From Hypanus sabinus (lineage: Eukaryota), in the NCBI RefSeq assembly GCF_030144855.1, contig NC_082710.1, positions 170,872,001-170,936,000 of the forward strand: 64,000 bases of DNA, written 5' to 3'. This document shows positions 27,453 to 39,349 of this stretch, in pieces. The number at the start of each line of letters is the position of its first letter. Positions within the stretch are counted from its first letter, which is position 1. The notes beneath the pieces were generated by a model. That model made no database searches, had not been told where the DNA came from, and worked only from the letters and a program-made list of their open reading frames with translations. A program made the position numbers and the translations under genes.

Positions 27453-29434
27453 AAAACATTTCTGCTCACGATTTACCACCCCATTCTTTCAAAGTTTCTA
27501 GCCCCAATGCCAACTCCAAATGATGGCAGGATCAGAACCAGAAACAGGTTTAATATCACCGGCATATGTCGTGAAATTTGTTCACTTAAGCAGCAATACA
27601 ATGCAATTCATGATAAGATAGAAAAAATAATAAATGAGTAGATCAATTACAGTAGTTATAAATGTACATTAAATACTTAAATTAAAAATTGTGCAAGAAC
27701 AGAAATAATTTTTAAAAAGTAAGGTAGTGTTCATGAGTTCAATATCCACATAGGAATCGGATGGCAGAGGGGAAGAAGCTGTTCCTGAATCACTGAGTGT
27801 GTGCCTTCAAGCGCTGTACCTCCTTCCCGATGGCAACAGTGAGAAGAGGTCATGATCTGGGAGGGAGCAGGGTCCTTAATGATTGACGTCATCTTTCTGA
27901 GGTATCATTCCTTGAAGATATCTTGGATATTATGGAGCTGACTACATTTATACCTTTCTGTAGCTTCCTTCAATCCTGTTCAGTAGCAAACCACCCGCCC
28001 CATTACACAGTGATGCAGCCCGTCAGAATGCTTTCCTTGGTACATCTGTAGAACATTTTGAGTGTTTTAGATGACAAAATAAATCTCCTCAAACTCCTAA
28101 TGACATGTAACTGCTGTCTTGCCATCTTTATGGCTGCACCAATATATTGGGGCCAGGTTAGATCCTCAGACACTGACACCCAGGATCTTGAAGTTGCTCA
28201 CTCTCCACTTCTGATCACTCTATAAGGATTGGTTCGTGTTCTCTTATCTTAATCTTTCTAAAGTCTGCCAGATTACCCACCATGTGAAATTCTATCCCCT
28301 CCTTGGCCCTTGAACTGGGTAGCTACTTTCAGAGGGGCCTCAAAGTGTTCAGTGCATATTCCTGGCTTAAGATCATCCATTTCTCTCCTTGAAGGATGCC
28401 GGCAGAACGTTTGGGCAAGTTGTTGCTTCCATGGTGACTTACACAAGTTCACTCGAGCTTGTATGGATGATGTTCCCCGTTCCCAGTTGGAACCCATTTC
28501 ATTTCCACTCCATACCAACATGTTTATCCTCAGCCTCCTCACTATCAGGGTCAGCTCAAAGGCAAGCTAGAGGAACATCATCTTATATTCCCCCTGGGTC
28601 ATCTACAAGCTGACAGTGTGAGCTTTGAATTCTTCAACTTCCCGGAAACTGCTCCCTCTCTGACCCTTTTCCACTCCTCCTGATCCCTACAGGAGTTTTC
28701 CCTACAAGCAACCAATGCACAAAAAAGAAATGATGAGAACTGAGTTCTGAAACTCCAACATCTGCAGCACTTCGTCACATCTACCAATACCTACCCAGCC
28801 TCCATTGCCACCTCCACCTTCCTTCCGTCTATCACCTCCTCTTCACCTGGATCCAGCCCACACTTGCTCCACCCCTGCCCCATTGTCTTTTTGTTTCTCT
28901 CCAGTCTTTCAGTCCAGACGACTTGAAATTTCTCCCCCCCCCCCCCCCCCCCACAGCTGCTGTCCAACCATCTGAGTTGCTCCAGCATTTGACGTGTTCT
29001 TCATTAGGATGGGAAAACTCCGGTTCCAAAACCACAGTGGTAGAACGGGGAATCTGTCAACCTCTGCTTGAATATACTCAGCAACTCAGCTTCCACAGCC
29101 CTCCAAAAGCTCTCCAGCCCCTGGGTATAGGCACGTCCCATCTGTCCCAAATAGCCAGATCCTTTGTTACAACTGGACTCACAGACACAGGAAAGATGCA
29201 GCTCAATGAGAGGCTGATATCTGAAATCTCTCACTGAATTCTCTGTTTCTGAGAATACCGAAGAGAGCTGGACATCAATACTCACAACTTTCCATAACAC
29301 ACAATGATGAACCATTTTAGGGTGAGAATGGAATTAGGTTTAATATAGTTGGCAGATGTCATGAAATGTGTTGTTTTGCAGCAGCAGTACATTACAATAC
29401 ATAATAATAATATCTGTAAATTACTATAAGAAGT

Positions 29435-29545
29435 TATATATATATATATATAAATTATAGTAATTTATAGATATTATTATGTATTATTATGTGTGTATAC
29501 ACACACACACACACACACACACACATTCTTACATATATATATATA
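29435..29545. repeat. (TA)n and (CA)n microsatellites
   Basis: Direct reading of the sequence. Confidence 0.9.
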
Positions 29546-30250
29546 ATTTTCTGCAGCTTTTTCCAGTCCTGTGCAGTGGCTCCTCAATGTCAGGCATTAA
29601 TGCAACCAGTTAAATGCTCTTAACAATACATCTGTAAAAATCTATAAGTGTCTTTGGTGACATACCAAATCTCCAAAAACGTCTAATGAACGATAGCCTC
29701 TGTGTGCCTTCTTTGTAATTGAATCAATATACTGGATATTGTGAATAGATCCACAGGGATGTTGACACCCAAGAACCTGAAACTGCTCACCCTTTCCACT
29801 TCTGATGAGGACTGGGGTGTGTTCCCTTGAATTCCCCTTCCTGGTCTCATTGATATTGAATTCAAGGTTGTTGCTGCAACACCATTCAACCAACCAGTCT
29901 TTCTCACTCCTGTACACCTCCTCATCACGGTCTAAAGTTTTGCCAACAATCATTGTGACATCAACAAATTTATAAATGGCATTTGAGCTGTGCATAGCCC
30001 CATAATTATCAGTGTAGAGAGTTTAGAGCAGTGGGCCAAGCATGCATCCTTGAGGTACACCAGTGTTGATCGTCAGCAAGGTGGCGTTGCTATTTTCAAC
30101 CCACACAGACTCTGGTCTCCCAGTGAAGGTAGCAAGGATCCAGTTGCAGAGGGAAGTTCAGAAGCCCAGGTTATGGAACGTGTTTGGATGCACAGCAGAG
30201 AGCATCTGAACATGCTGGATCTCTGAGGTACAGAAACTCACTGAAAAGGA
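29540..30250 (-). mobile_element. Rex1/Babar-like LINE remnant
   Basis: IYKFVDVTMIVG...WLVEWCCSNNLEFNI, decayed RT C-terminal motifs. Confidence 0.6.
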
Positions 30251-30269
30251 TAGGACGACTCTACAACAG

Positions 30270-30660
30270 GTAGTTAAAATAAGACCATAAGATATTGGTG
30301 CAGAATTAGGCCACTTGGCCCATCGAGTCTGCTCCATCATTGGATCATGCTGATCCATTTTCGTCTCAGCCCCAGTCTCCTGGCTTCTCCCCATATCCCT
30401 TCACGCAATCACGAATCTATCAACCTCTGCCTTAAATATATGTAAACACTTGGCTTCCACAGCAGACCGTGGCAAAGAATTCCACAGACTCGTCACTCTC
30501 TGGCTAAAGAAATTCCTCCTCATCTCTGTTCTAAAAGGATGCCTCTCTATTCTGAGGCTGTGTCCTCTCGTCTTAGACTCTCCCACAATAGGAAACATCC
30601 TCTCCACATTCACTCTATCAAGGCCTTTCACCATCAATAGGTTTCAATGAGGTCACCCTT
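30270..30660 (-). mobile_element. CR1 3' fragment
   Basis: MVKGLDRVNVERMFPIVGESKTRGHSLR; (accataagat)-type tail. Confidence 0.8.
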
Positions 30661-31190
30661 TGTTCTTCAAAATTGCAGCGAATAAATGCCCAGAGCCATC
30701 AACTGCTCTTCATATGACAAGCCAATGAAGAGCTTGTCATCTGAGCTCTTCAAAATGCAGAACACGTCCCCAGCATCAGCCTGCCCACCAACAAGGACCA
30801 GACTGAAAAACAATTATTTCCCCAAATGTTCTCAGGTTGATCAACACGTCCACCATTAACCCACCCACCACCACTACATCCACATCAGCCACTCCTCTCC
30901 AGAACCCCTCTGCACCCCTCCCTTGCACTGCCACTTTACAGTTACTTGTATACTGTGTTTCATAGATTGGTCCTATATATGTATTTATATTTTGCTTATT
31001 GTCTCTTCTTAATGCTGCATCAGAAATGGAGAAACAATCATTTCATCCTCCTTTAAACTGTGGTACTGACGATTGACAACAAACAATCTCGAATGTTAAA
31101 TGTGTCCGGTCTTTAACACTGGGCCTTAATTCTCACCCCAATGGCCAACTTCTAAATGGGAAGCATTGACTTTCTCCTTTCCCACTGCAG

Positions 31191-31520
31191 GAAAAAGCAG
31201 GAGCTTCACGGTTACGCAAGGCCAGTCCAGTATATTTGTAGCTGAGGGTGAAACGGTCCTCATGGTCTGTAGCCATAATGCCAATCACTCCGGAGACACC
31301 CGGCTCTACAGCTGGTACAGGAACACTTCTGAAGTCTCCAACGGGACGGCAGAGTATGCAGGGCGTGTCCTTGGGCCTGACCAGGAGGATTCCTTCAAAG
31401 CTTCCATTAAGCTGGTGGATGTGAGGGAGAGCGATTCCGGAATGTACTACTGCAAAGTACGGATAGACGGGATTGGCGAGGCAATTGGAGATGGAGTTCG
31501 GCTGACCGTGAGTCACACAC
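31191..31520 (+). CDS. Ig V-set exon V3, divergent VJ-type domain
   Basis: Acceptor cccactgcag|G, donor C|GTGAGT, 330 nt, phase 1-1. Motifs VLMVC, YSWYR, DSGMYYC, IGDGVRLTV. Confidence 0.88.
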
Positions 31521-31669
31521 GTGAGTGGTTCCCCAGACCGAGAGAACACCGAGCTTATTACCACCCACTATCACCCACCCTCCTCCATCAGCTTTCTATT
31601 GTTTGAGCCCTGTCAGGTTTCCTGCCTTCACTTCCAGTGTAATTACTGACTGACCACTGCTGAATGTTG

Positions 31670-34430
31670 AAACATAGAAACATAAAAAACCTAGTACACA
31701 ATACAGGCCCTTCAGCCCACAACACTGTACCGAACATGTACTTACTTTAGAAATTACCTAGGGTTACCCACAGCCCTCTATTTTTCTATGTTCCATGTAC
31801 CTATCTAGGAGTCTCTTTAAAAGACCCTATCATCTCTGCCTCCACCACTGTTGCCAGAAGCCCATTCCACACACTCACCGCTCTCTGTGTCATAATAAAA
31901 AAAAACTCACCCCTGACATCTCCTCTGTACCAAATCCCCAGCACCTTAAAACTATGCCCTCTCGTGTAAGCCATTTCAGCCCTGGGGAAAAGCCTCTGAC
32001 TATCCACAAGATCAATGCCTCTCATCATCTTGTACACCTCTATCAGGTCACCTCTCATCCTCCGTCGTTCCAAGGAGAAAAAGCTGAGTTCACGCAACCT
32101 ATCCTCATAAGGCATGCTCCCCAGTTCAGGCAGCATCCTTGTAAATCTCCTCTGCACCCTTTCTATGGCTTCCACATCCTTCTTGTAGTGATGTGACCAG
32201 AACTGAGCACAGTACTCCAAATGGGATCTGACCAGGGTCTATAGAGCTGCAACATTCCTTCTTGGTTCTAAACTCAGTCCCACAATTGATGAAGGCCAAT
32301 GCACCATATGCCTTCTTAACCTCAGAGTCAACCTGCGCAGCAGCTTTGAGTGTCCTATGGACTCAGACCCAAAGATCCCTCTGGTCCTCCACACTGCCAA
32401 GAGTCTTGCCATTAATATTATATTTCTGCAACCATGTTTGACCTACCAAAATGAACCACCTCACACTGGATTGAACTCCATCTGCCACTTCTCAGCCCAG
32501 TTTTGCATCTGCTGTAACCTCTGACAGCCCTCCACCCTATCCACAACACCCCCAACCTTTGGGTCATCAGCAAGTTTACTAACCCATCCTTCCACATCCT
32601 CATCCAGGTCATTTATAAAAATCACAATGAGTAGGGGTCCAAGAACAGATCCCTGAGGCACTCCACTGGTCCCGACCTCCATGCAAAATGTGACTCATCT
32701 ACAACCACTCTTTGCCTTCTGTGGGCAGAGCAGTTCTGGATCCACAAAGCAATGCCCCCTTGGATCTCATGCTTCCTTTCTTTCTCAATAAGCCTTGCAT
32801 GGGGTAACTTATCAAATGCCTTGCTGAAATCCATATACACTACATCTACTGCTCTACTTTCATCAGTGTGCTTACTCACATCCTCAAAAAATTCAACCAG
32901 GCTCGTAAGGCACGACCTGCCTTTGACAAAGCCATGATGACTATTCCTAATCATATTATGCCTCTCCAAATGTTCATAAATTCTGCCTCTCAGGATCATC
33001 TCCATCAGCTTCCCAACCACTGAAATAAGACTCACTGGCCTATAATTTCCTGGACTATCCCTACTCCCTTTTTTGAATAAGAGAACAACATGCGCAACCC
33101 TCCAATCCTCCAGAACCTCTCCTGTCCTCACTGATAATGCAAAGATAATTGCCAGAGGCTCAGCAATCTCCTCCCTCACCTCCCACAGTAGCGTGGGGTA
33201 CATCTCATCTGGTCCTGGTGACTTATCCAACTTGATGCTTTCCAAAAGCTTCAGCACATCCTGTTCTTAATCCTCTTTCTTTATCAAGATTTTCAGTGCA
33301 CTGCAAGTGATCCCTACAATTGCCAAAATCCTTTTCCATAGTGAATACTGAAGCATTAAGTATCATTAAGTACCTCCACTATTTCCTCCTGTTCCATACA
33401 CATTTCTCCATTGTCACACTTGATTGGTGCTATTCTCTCATGTCTTATCCTCTTGCTCTTCACATACTTGTAGAATACCTTGGGATTTTCCTTAATCCTG
33501 AACACCGAGGCCTTCTCATGGCCCATTCTGGCTCTGCTAATTTCATTCTTAAGCTCTTTCCTGTAGCCTTATCTTCTAGATTCATATTATTACCTAGTTT
33601 TTTTTTAATCTTTCGTATGCTCTTTTCTTCTTGACTAGATTTACAACAGCTTTTATGCACCACGGATCTTGTACCCTACCATCCTTTCCATGTCTCATTG
33701 GAACATACCTTCTCAGAACCCCATGCAAATATTCCCTTAACATTTGCCACATTTCTTCCATATGTTTACCTGAGAACATCTGTTTCCAATTTATGCTTCC
33801 AGGTTCCTGCCTGACAGCCTTGTATTTCTCTTTACTCCAAGTAAACACTTTCCTAACTTGTTTGTTCCTATCCCCCTCCAATGGTATGGTAAAGGAGATA
33901 GCATTGTGATCACTACCTCCAAAACGCTCTCCCACTGAGAGATCTGACACCTGACCAGGTTCATTTCCCAATACCAGATCAAGTACACCCTCTCCTCTTG
34001 TAGGCTTATCCACATACTGTGTCAAGAAACCTTCCTGAACACATCTAACAAACTCTACCCCACCTAAGCCCCTCACTGTAGGGAGATACCAATCAATATT
34101 TGGGAAAATTAAAATCTCCCACCACAATAACCCTGTTATTATTGCACCTTTCCAGAATCTGTCTGCTCCTTGATGTCCCTTTTACTATCGGGTGGTCTAT
34201 AAAAAGTCTCAGTAGAGTTATTGACCTCTTCCTGTTTCTAATTTCCACCCACAAAGACACCATAGACAATTCCTCCCTGATTTCCTCCTTTTCTGCAGCC
34301 GTGACACTATCTCCGATCAACAGTGCCATGCACCTACCTCTTTTGCCTCCCTCCCTGTCCTTTCTGAAACATTTAAAGCCTGGCACTCTAAGTAACTGTT
34401 CCTGCGCCTGAGCCATCCAAGTCTCTGTAG
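31670..34430 (-). mobile_element. CR1 LINE, decayed, between V3 and the TM exon
   Basis: EN/RT fragments in ORFs 33594-34127, 32622-33257 and 31801-32220; tail aacatagaaacat. Confidence 0.9.
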
Positions 34431-34589
34431 GTGGGAGATTACATTGGAGATCACACACTTATCAACCCAAGAACAATGACTGGCTCAAATTGCGGATTAT
34501 AGAACAGTGGCAGTGGGTCACACACTGTCCTCTCCCCCTTGGGACCTGGTGGGTCAGTGGGTCACAAACTGTCCTCCTCCCTCTCTGTC

Positions 34590-34800
34590 CTATCCTATTC
34601 TCAGTGGATTCTCCCTGTGATGGTGTGGGCAACCCCCACCCTGGGTGCTCTGGTTTCCTCCCACATCGCAAAGGCGTGTGGGTTGGTGGCTTAATTGATT
34701 GCTGAAAATTGCCCCCAGTGTATTGGGAAGTGATAGAAACTTGGGGGATTTGAAAAGAAGGTGGGGAAGATCGGTTTTTGTAAAATTAATGGTAAAATAA
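34590..34800 (+). mobile_element. SINE-like remnant; similar pieces near 6490, 56860, 57090, 61740 and 62350
   Basis: gggtgctctggtttcctcccacatc...aaaggcgtgtgggttgg, characteristic of fish/shark SINE cores. Confidence 0.5.
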
Positions 34801-35065
34801 AAGGGATTAGTGTAGGACTGGGATCAACGTTGGATGTGACTTTATCACCTGTAGGTCATCCTATACAATTATTGGAAGAGCAACTTCCCTGTGCTCCCTG
34901 TCCTAGAATTGGGAAAGGGGGAGATGTGGCAAAGACAGGAATGATTTCACCAGTGGGGTTAAACACCTTCAGGTCAGCTGCCATGTCATTGTGTGCTTCA
35001 CTAGACTCAAAGGACCAAATGGCTTATTTGTGCTTACGTGTTCTGTGTTGTTTTCTCCCCCACAG

Positions 35066-35179
35066 GCAAACTGACACCCATCCTGATTCACCTGGTGATC
35101 CTGTTAGTGGCCTTTGGGATACAGGGGAGCATCCTGCTCATCAGCATCCTGTTTCGTAGAAAAATCCTCAGAGCAGAAA
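35066..35179 (+). CDS. Transmembrane exon: (R)KLTPILIHLVILLVAFGIQGSILLISILFRRKILRAE
   Basis: Polypyrimidine acceptor ttttctcccccacag|G, phase 1 compatible with V3, ~25 hydrophobic residues then RRK stop-transfer; weak donor A|GTAAAG (read-through gives SKGI-stop). Confidence 0.75.
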
Positions 35180-35946
35180 GTAAAGGCATTTGATTCTTTG
35201 CCTTCCAATCAGTTTAATATCATAAGACATAGTTGGAGCTGGCCATTCAGCCCATCAAGTCTGCTCCACCATTCCATATTGGGTGTTTTCTTTTCCCTCT
35301 TGACCCCGTTCTCCTGCCTTGCCCTGTAACCTTTGACACCAAAACTAATCAAGAACAAATCAGTTCTGCTTTAAGTATTCCCAAATGACTCGAACCCTCG
35401 AGAATACAGCTGGGCCACAGCAGCCAATGATGGAGTGGACTTTGGGCTGGATTGAAGCAGCAGACCCCGAGCTCAAGAGCGGAAAATGAACCAATGTTTA
35501 ACCGATTTATACGCAAGTCAGACTTAAAAAGCTAAGGTGTCGAAGTCAAGGGCAAAAGACCAACTGATGCTCAGCTCACCACTCCGTGAGTTTCTCAGCA
35601 CTGAGCTGGTTCTGTGGCCGCGGACTCACTTTGGGGACTCTGCAGTTCATGTTCTATCTGTTACTTGTTTACTTTTGTACTGTTTGCACAATTCGTTCTT
35701 TTTTTCACACATTGGAAGTTTGAATGTCTTTGTTGTGTGGAGTTTTTTTATCGTGTATTCTACCGTGCTTTTCTTGTTTGGGTCTGACTGCAATAATCTG
35801 CATCTCGGGGTTGCATATGGTATATATACTGTGATATATATATACCATATGCAAAGAACTTTATATATGGTATATATAAAGTACTTTGGACTGTAGAACC
35901 TTGAAAAGAGACAAAGTGAGATGTGATTTTCTTCGCTCTGGTCCAG

Positions 35947-36059
35947 CAGTGTCTGCACTCCCGTCAGTAGAGGACAGAGTTGCAGTGAAAGGGTGCAGGC
36001 CAGCAGGGGGCAGTGTTGCGCTACGCTCGGGAAAACCCAACACCACACTAAGGAGCTGA
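35947..36059 (+). CDS. Candidate terminal cytoplasmic exon (TVSALPSVEDRVAVKGCRPAGGSVALRSGKPNTTLRS*)
   Basis: Pyrimidine-rich acceptor ttttcttcgctctggtccag, open in phase 1 to TGA at 36057; no homology support. Confidence 0.25.
35998..36015 (+). promoter_or_regulatory. CTCF-like core motif GGCCAGCAGGGGGCAGTG
   Basis: Close match to the vertebrate CTCF consensus CCA(C/G)(C/T)AG(A/G)(G/T)GGC. Confidence 0.5.
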
Positions 36060-36989
36060 AGGACCTCACTGGGTCAGCTAGAACCTGTGGACGGAAATGA
36101 ACAGTCAGCGTCTCAGGTGGAGACACTTCCTCGGCTCTGAAGTGCCCATTTGACCATCTGCATGAGAGGAAAGCTGCCCCTCTGCATCACCCTTTGAGAT
36201 GGACCTCAACCTTTGTATTACCACCGCATCCTCCAAACCCTCAAATGTTCCATTTAGAGCCCAGCTGAGGACACGTCTCTGGGTGGATTATTCTTTAGCC
36301 TTACTTCTGAAGACCTTAACAGGCCTCATTCCACCTGCCCCATTCATGACAAGGTGTATATGACTTTGAGATTCAACTTCCTGCAGGCATTTACAGGAAA
36401 ATAAAGAAATACAATGGAATTTATGAAAATCGATACCTAAATCGGGGTTAAATCGGGGGTTGCTGTGTGGTGTGGCTTGAAGAGCCTATTCTAGGTAATA
36501 TCTCCATCAATGAGTAAATAAATAAATACTGATGACAAATTGTGCAAATGATATATATTATAATATTTATATACTGCACATACATACTGTTTATGTAGAT
36601 ATAATACTGTATTATACACAGTGGATTCACAAACATGAGAAAATCTTCAGATGCTGGAAATCCAAAGCAACACACACAAAATGCTGGAGGAGCTCAGCAG
36701 GTCAGGCAGCATCTACAGAAAAGTGTAAACAGTGTACATTTTGGGCCCAGGCGCTTCTTCAACACTGAAGTTCCTCCAGTATTTTGTGTGTATTACTTTA
36801 TATACAGTGGATTCCATTTAATTGAAACACATGGGGTCTAGTAGATTTTGACCCAATTAGGCTGCTGCTCCAATTAGTCAAAGTTTCTTGGAAATAAATA
36901 AAAATGTGTATTAAAAAAAAGACAAGCTAAATAACAGATCGGGTATTTAAATTAAATATCGAATTAATTAGAACATTACCGATGCTACA

Positions 36990-38170
36990 GTATGATGAAA
37001 CTGCGCAACATACACAAATTGCTGAAGGAACTTAACAGGTCTGGTAGCATCTATGGAAATGAATAAACAGTCAACGTTTTGCACCGAGACCCTTCCTCAG
37101 GACTGGAGATGAAGGGGTAAGACACCAGAATATAAAGATGAGTAGGGGTGGGGAAGGAAGATAGCTAGAAGGTGATAAGATAGTAGGGTGATAGAAGGGT
37201 TGGAAAGATAAAGGGCTGGAGGGAAAGGAATCTGATAGGAGAGGAGAGTGGACCACTGGAGATAGGGAAGGAGGGGGTGACCGGGGGTGGGGGGGTGGTT
37301 TTGATAGGCGGGTGTGAGAGATAAGAGGCCAGAATGGGGAACTGAAGATGTGGGGAGTAGAAGGGCAATTCTTTTTTACCGGAAGGAGAAATCGATTTTC
37401 ATGCCATCAGGTTTGATGGAATATAAAGTTATGCTCCTCCACACCGAGACTGGCCATGGACCAACATGTCGGAACAGAAATGGGAATGGGAATTAAAATG
37501 TTTGGCCATTGGGAGGTTCTGCCTTTGGCAGATGGAGCAGAGATGCTCAACGAAGGATCCCCAGTTTACGGCGGGTCTCACCAGTCCAGAGGAGGCTGCA
37601 TCAGGAACACCAGACACAATAGATGACCCCAACTGATTCACAGGTGAAATGTTGCCTAACCTGGAAGGACTGAATGGAGGTGAGGGAGCAGGTGAATGGG
37701 CAGACGTAGCACTTTGGCCACTTGCGGGGATAAGTGCCAGGAGGGAGATTAGTAGGAGGGGCGAATAGACGAGGGAATCATGGAGGGACAGAGGAGGAAA
37801 TAAAGATATGTTTGGTGGTAGGATCCTGTTGGAGATGGCAGAAGTTGCAGAGGATAATGTGTTGCATACAAAGGCTCAAGGGTGGTAGGTAAGGATAAAT
37901 GAAGCTCTATCACTGTTAAGGTGGCAGGAAGTTAGGGTGAGTGTGGATGTTTGGGAAATGGAAGAGACATTGGTGAGGGCCACATGGAAGGGATATGTGT
38001 TCATTGAAGGAGGAGGACATCTCTGATGTCCTGGAAAGGAAAGACACATCCTGGGAACAGATGCGGCAGAGACAAAAGAACTGAGAAAAGTGAATTTTTA
38101 CAGGAGACAGGATTGGGAGAGGTGTGGTCAAGATAAATGGGAATCGATAGGTTTTTCATGTTCCAACCTA
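36990..38170 (-). mobile_element. Penelope-like element fragment
   Basis: LPMAKHFNSHSH GIY-YIG tail, similar to the element at 1-560. Confidence 0.7.
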
Positions 38171-38179
38171 AAAAATTAC

Positions 38180-39345
38180 TGGGCTTACCCATAGTTTTCT
38201 ATTTTACTAAGCTCCATGTACCTATCCAAGAGTCTCTTAAAAGACCCTATTGTATCCGCCTCCACCACTGTTGCCTGCAGCCCATTCCATGTACTCTCCA
38301 CTTTGAGTAAAAAACTTAACCCTGACATCTTCTCTGTACCTACTCCCCAGCACCTTAAACCTGTGTCCTCTTGTGGCAACCATTTCAGTCCTGGGAAAAA
38401 GCCTCTGACTATCCACATCTCATCATCTTATACACCTCTATCAGGTCACCTCTCATCCTCCATCACTCCAAGGAGAAAAGGCCAAGTTCACTCAACCTAT
38501 TCTCATAAGGCATGCTCCTCAATCCAGGCAACATCCTTGTAAATCTCCTCTGCACCCTTTCTATGGCTTCCACATCCTTCCTGTAGTGAGGCGACCAGAA
38601 CTGAGCACAGTACTCCAAGTGGGGTTTGACCAGAGTCCTATATAACTACATCATTACCTCTCAGCTCCTAAACTCAATCCCATGATTGATGAAGGCCAAC
38701 GCACCATATGGCTTCTTAACCACAAAGTCAACCTGCGCAGCTGCTTTGAGCGTTCTATAGACTTGGACCCCAAGATCCCTCTGATGCTCCACACTGCCAA
38801 GAGTCTTACCATTAATACTATATTCTGACAACATATTTGACCTACCAAAATGAACCACCTCACACTTACTTGGGTTGAACTCCATCTGCCACTTCTCAGC
38901 CCAGTTTTGCACCCTATCAATGTCCCACTGTAACCTCTGACAGCCCTCCACACTATCCACAACACCCCCAACCTTTGTGTCATCAGCAAACTCACTAACT
39001 TCCTCATTCAGGTCATTTATAAAAATCACAAAGAATAAGGGTCCCAGAAAACATCCCTGATGCACATCACTGGTCACTGACCTCCATGCAGAATATGACC
39101 CATCTACAACCACTCTTTGCCTTCTGTGGGCAAGCCAGTTCTGAATCCACAAAGCAATGTCTCCTTGGATCCCATGCCCCCTTACTTTCTCAATAAGCCT
39201 TGCATGAGGTATCTTATCAAATGCCTTGCTGAAATCCATATACACTACAACTACTGCTCTTTCTTCATCAGTGTGTTTAGTCACATCCTCAAAAAATTCA
39301 ATCAGGCTCATAAGGCACAACCTGCCCTTGACAAAGCCATGATCA
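38180..39345 (-). mobile_element. CR1 3' fragment
   Basis: ORF 38661-39380 contains YMDFSKAFDKIPH and FADDTKVGG. Confidence 0.88.
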
Positions 39346-39349
39346 AAGT

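Larger units (their letters stand above)
11240..28135 (+). repeat. Tandem duplication unit, copy 2 (contains V2), expanded by three TE insertion blocks
   Basis: Same colinear segments as copy 1, interrupted at ~11520-13715, 14348-21916 and 23372-27452. Confidence 0.85.

Noticed and set aside
28300-31190. Search for a separate leader exon for V3
   Set aside because: No convincing ATG-hydrophobic-phase-1 donor found by eye; a short exon could have been missed, so absence is not proven
31508-31513. Alternative donor ACC|GTGAGT inside V3
   Set aside because: Phase 0 would be out of frame with the TM exon; the donor at 31521 fits
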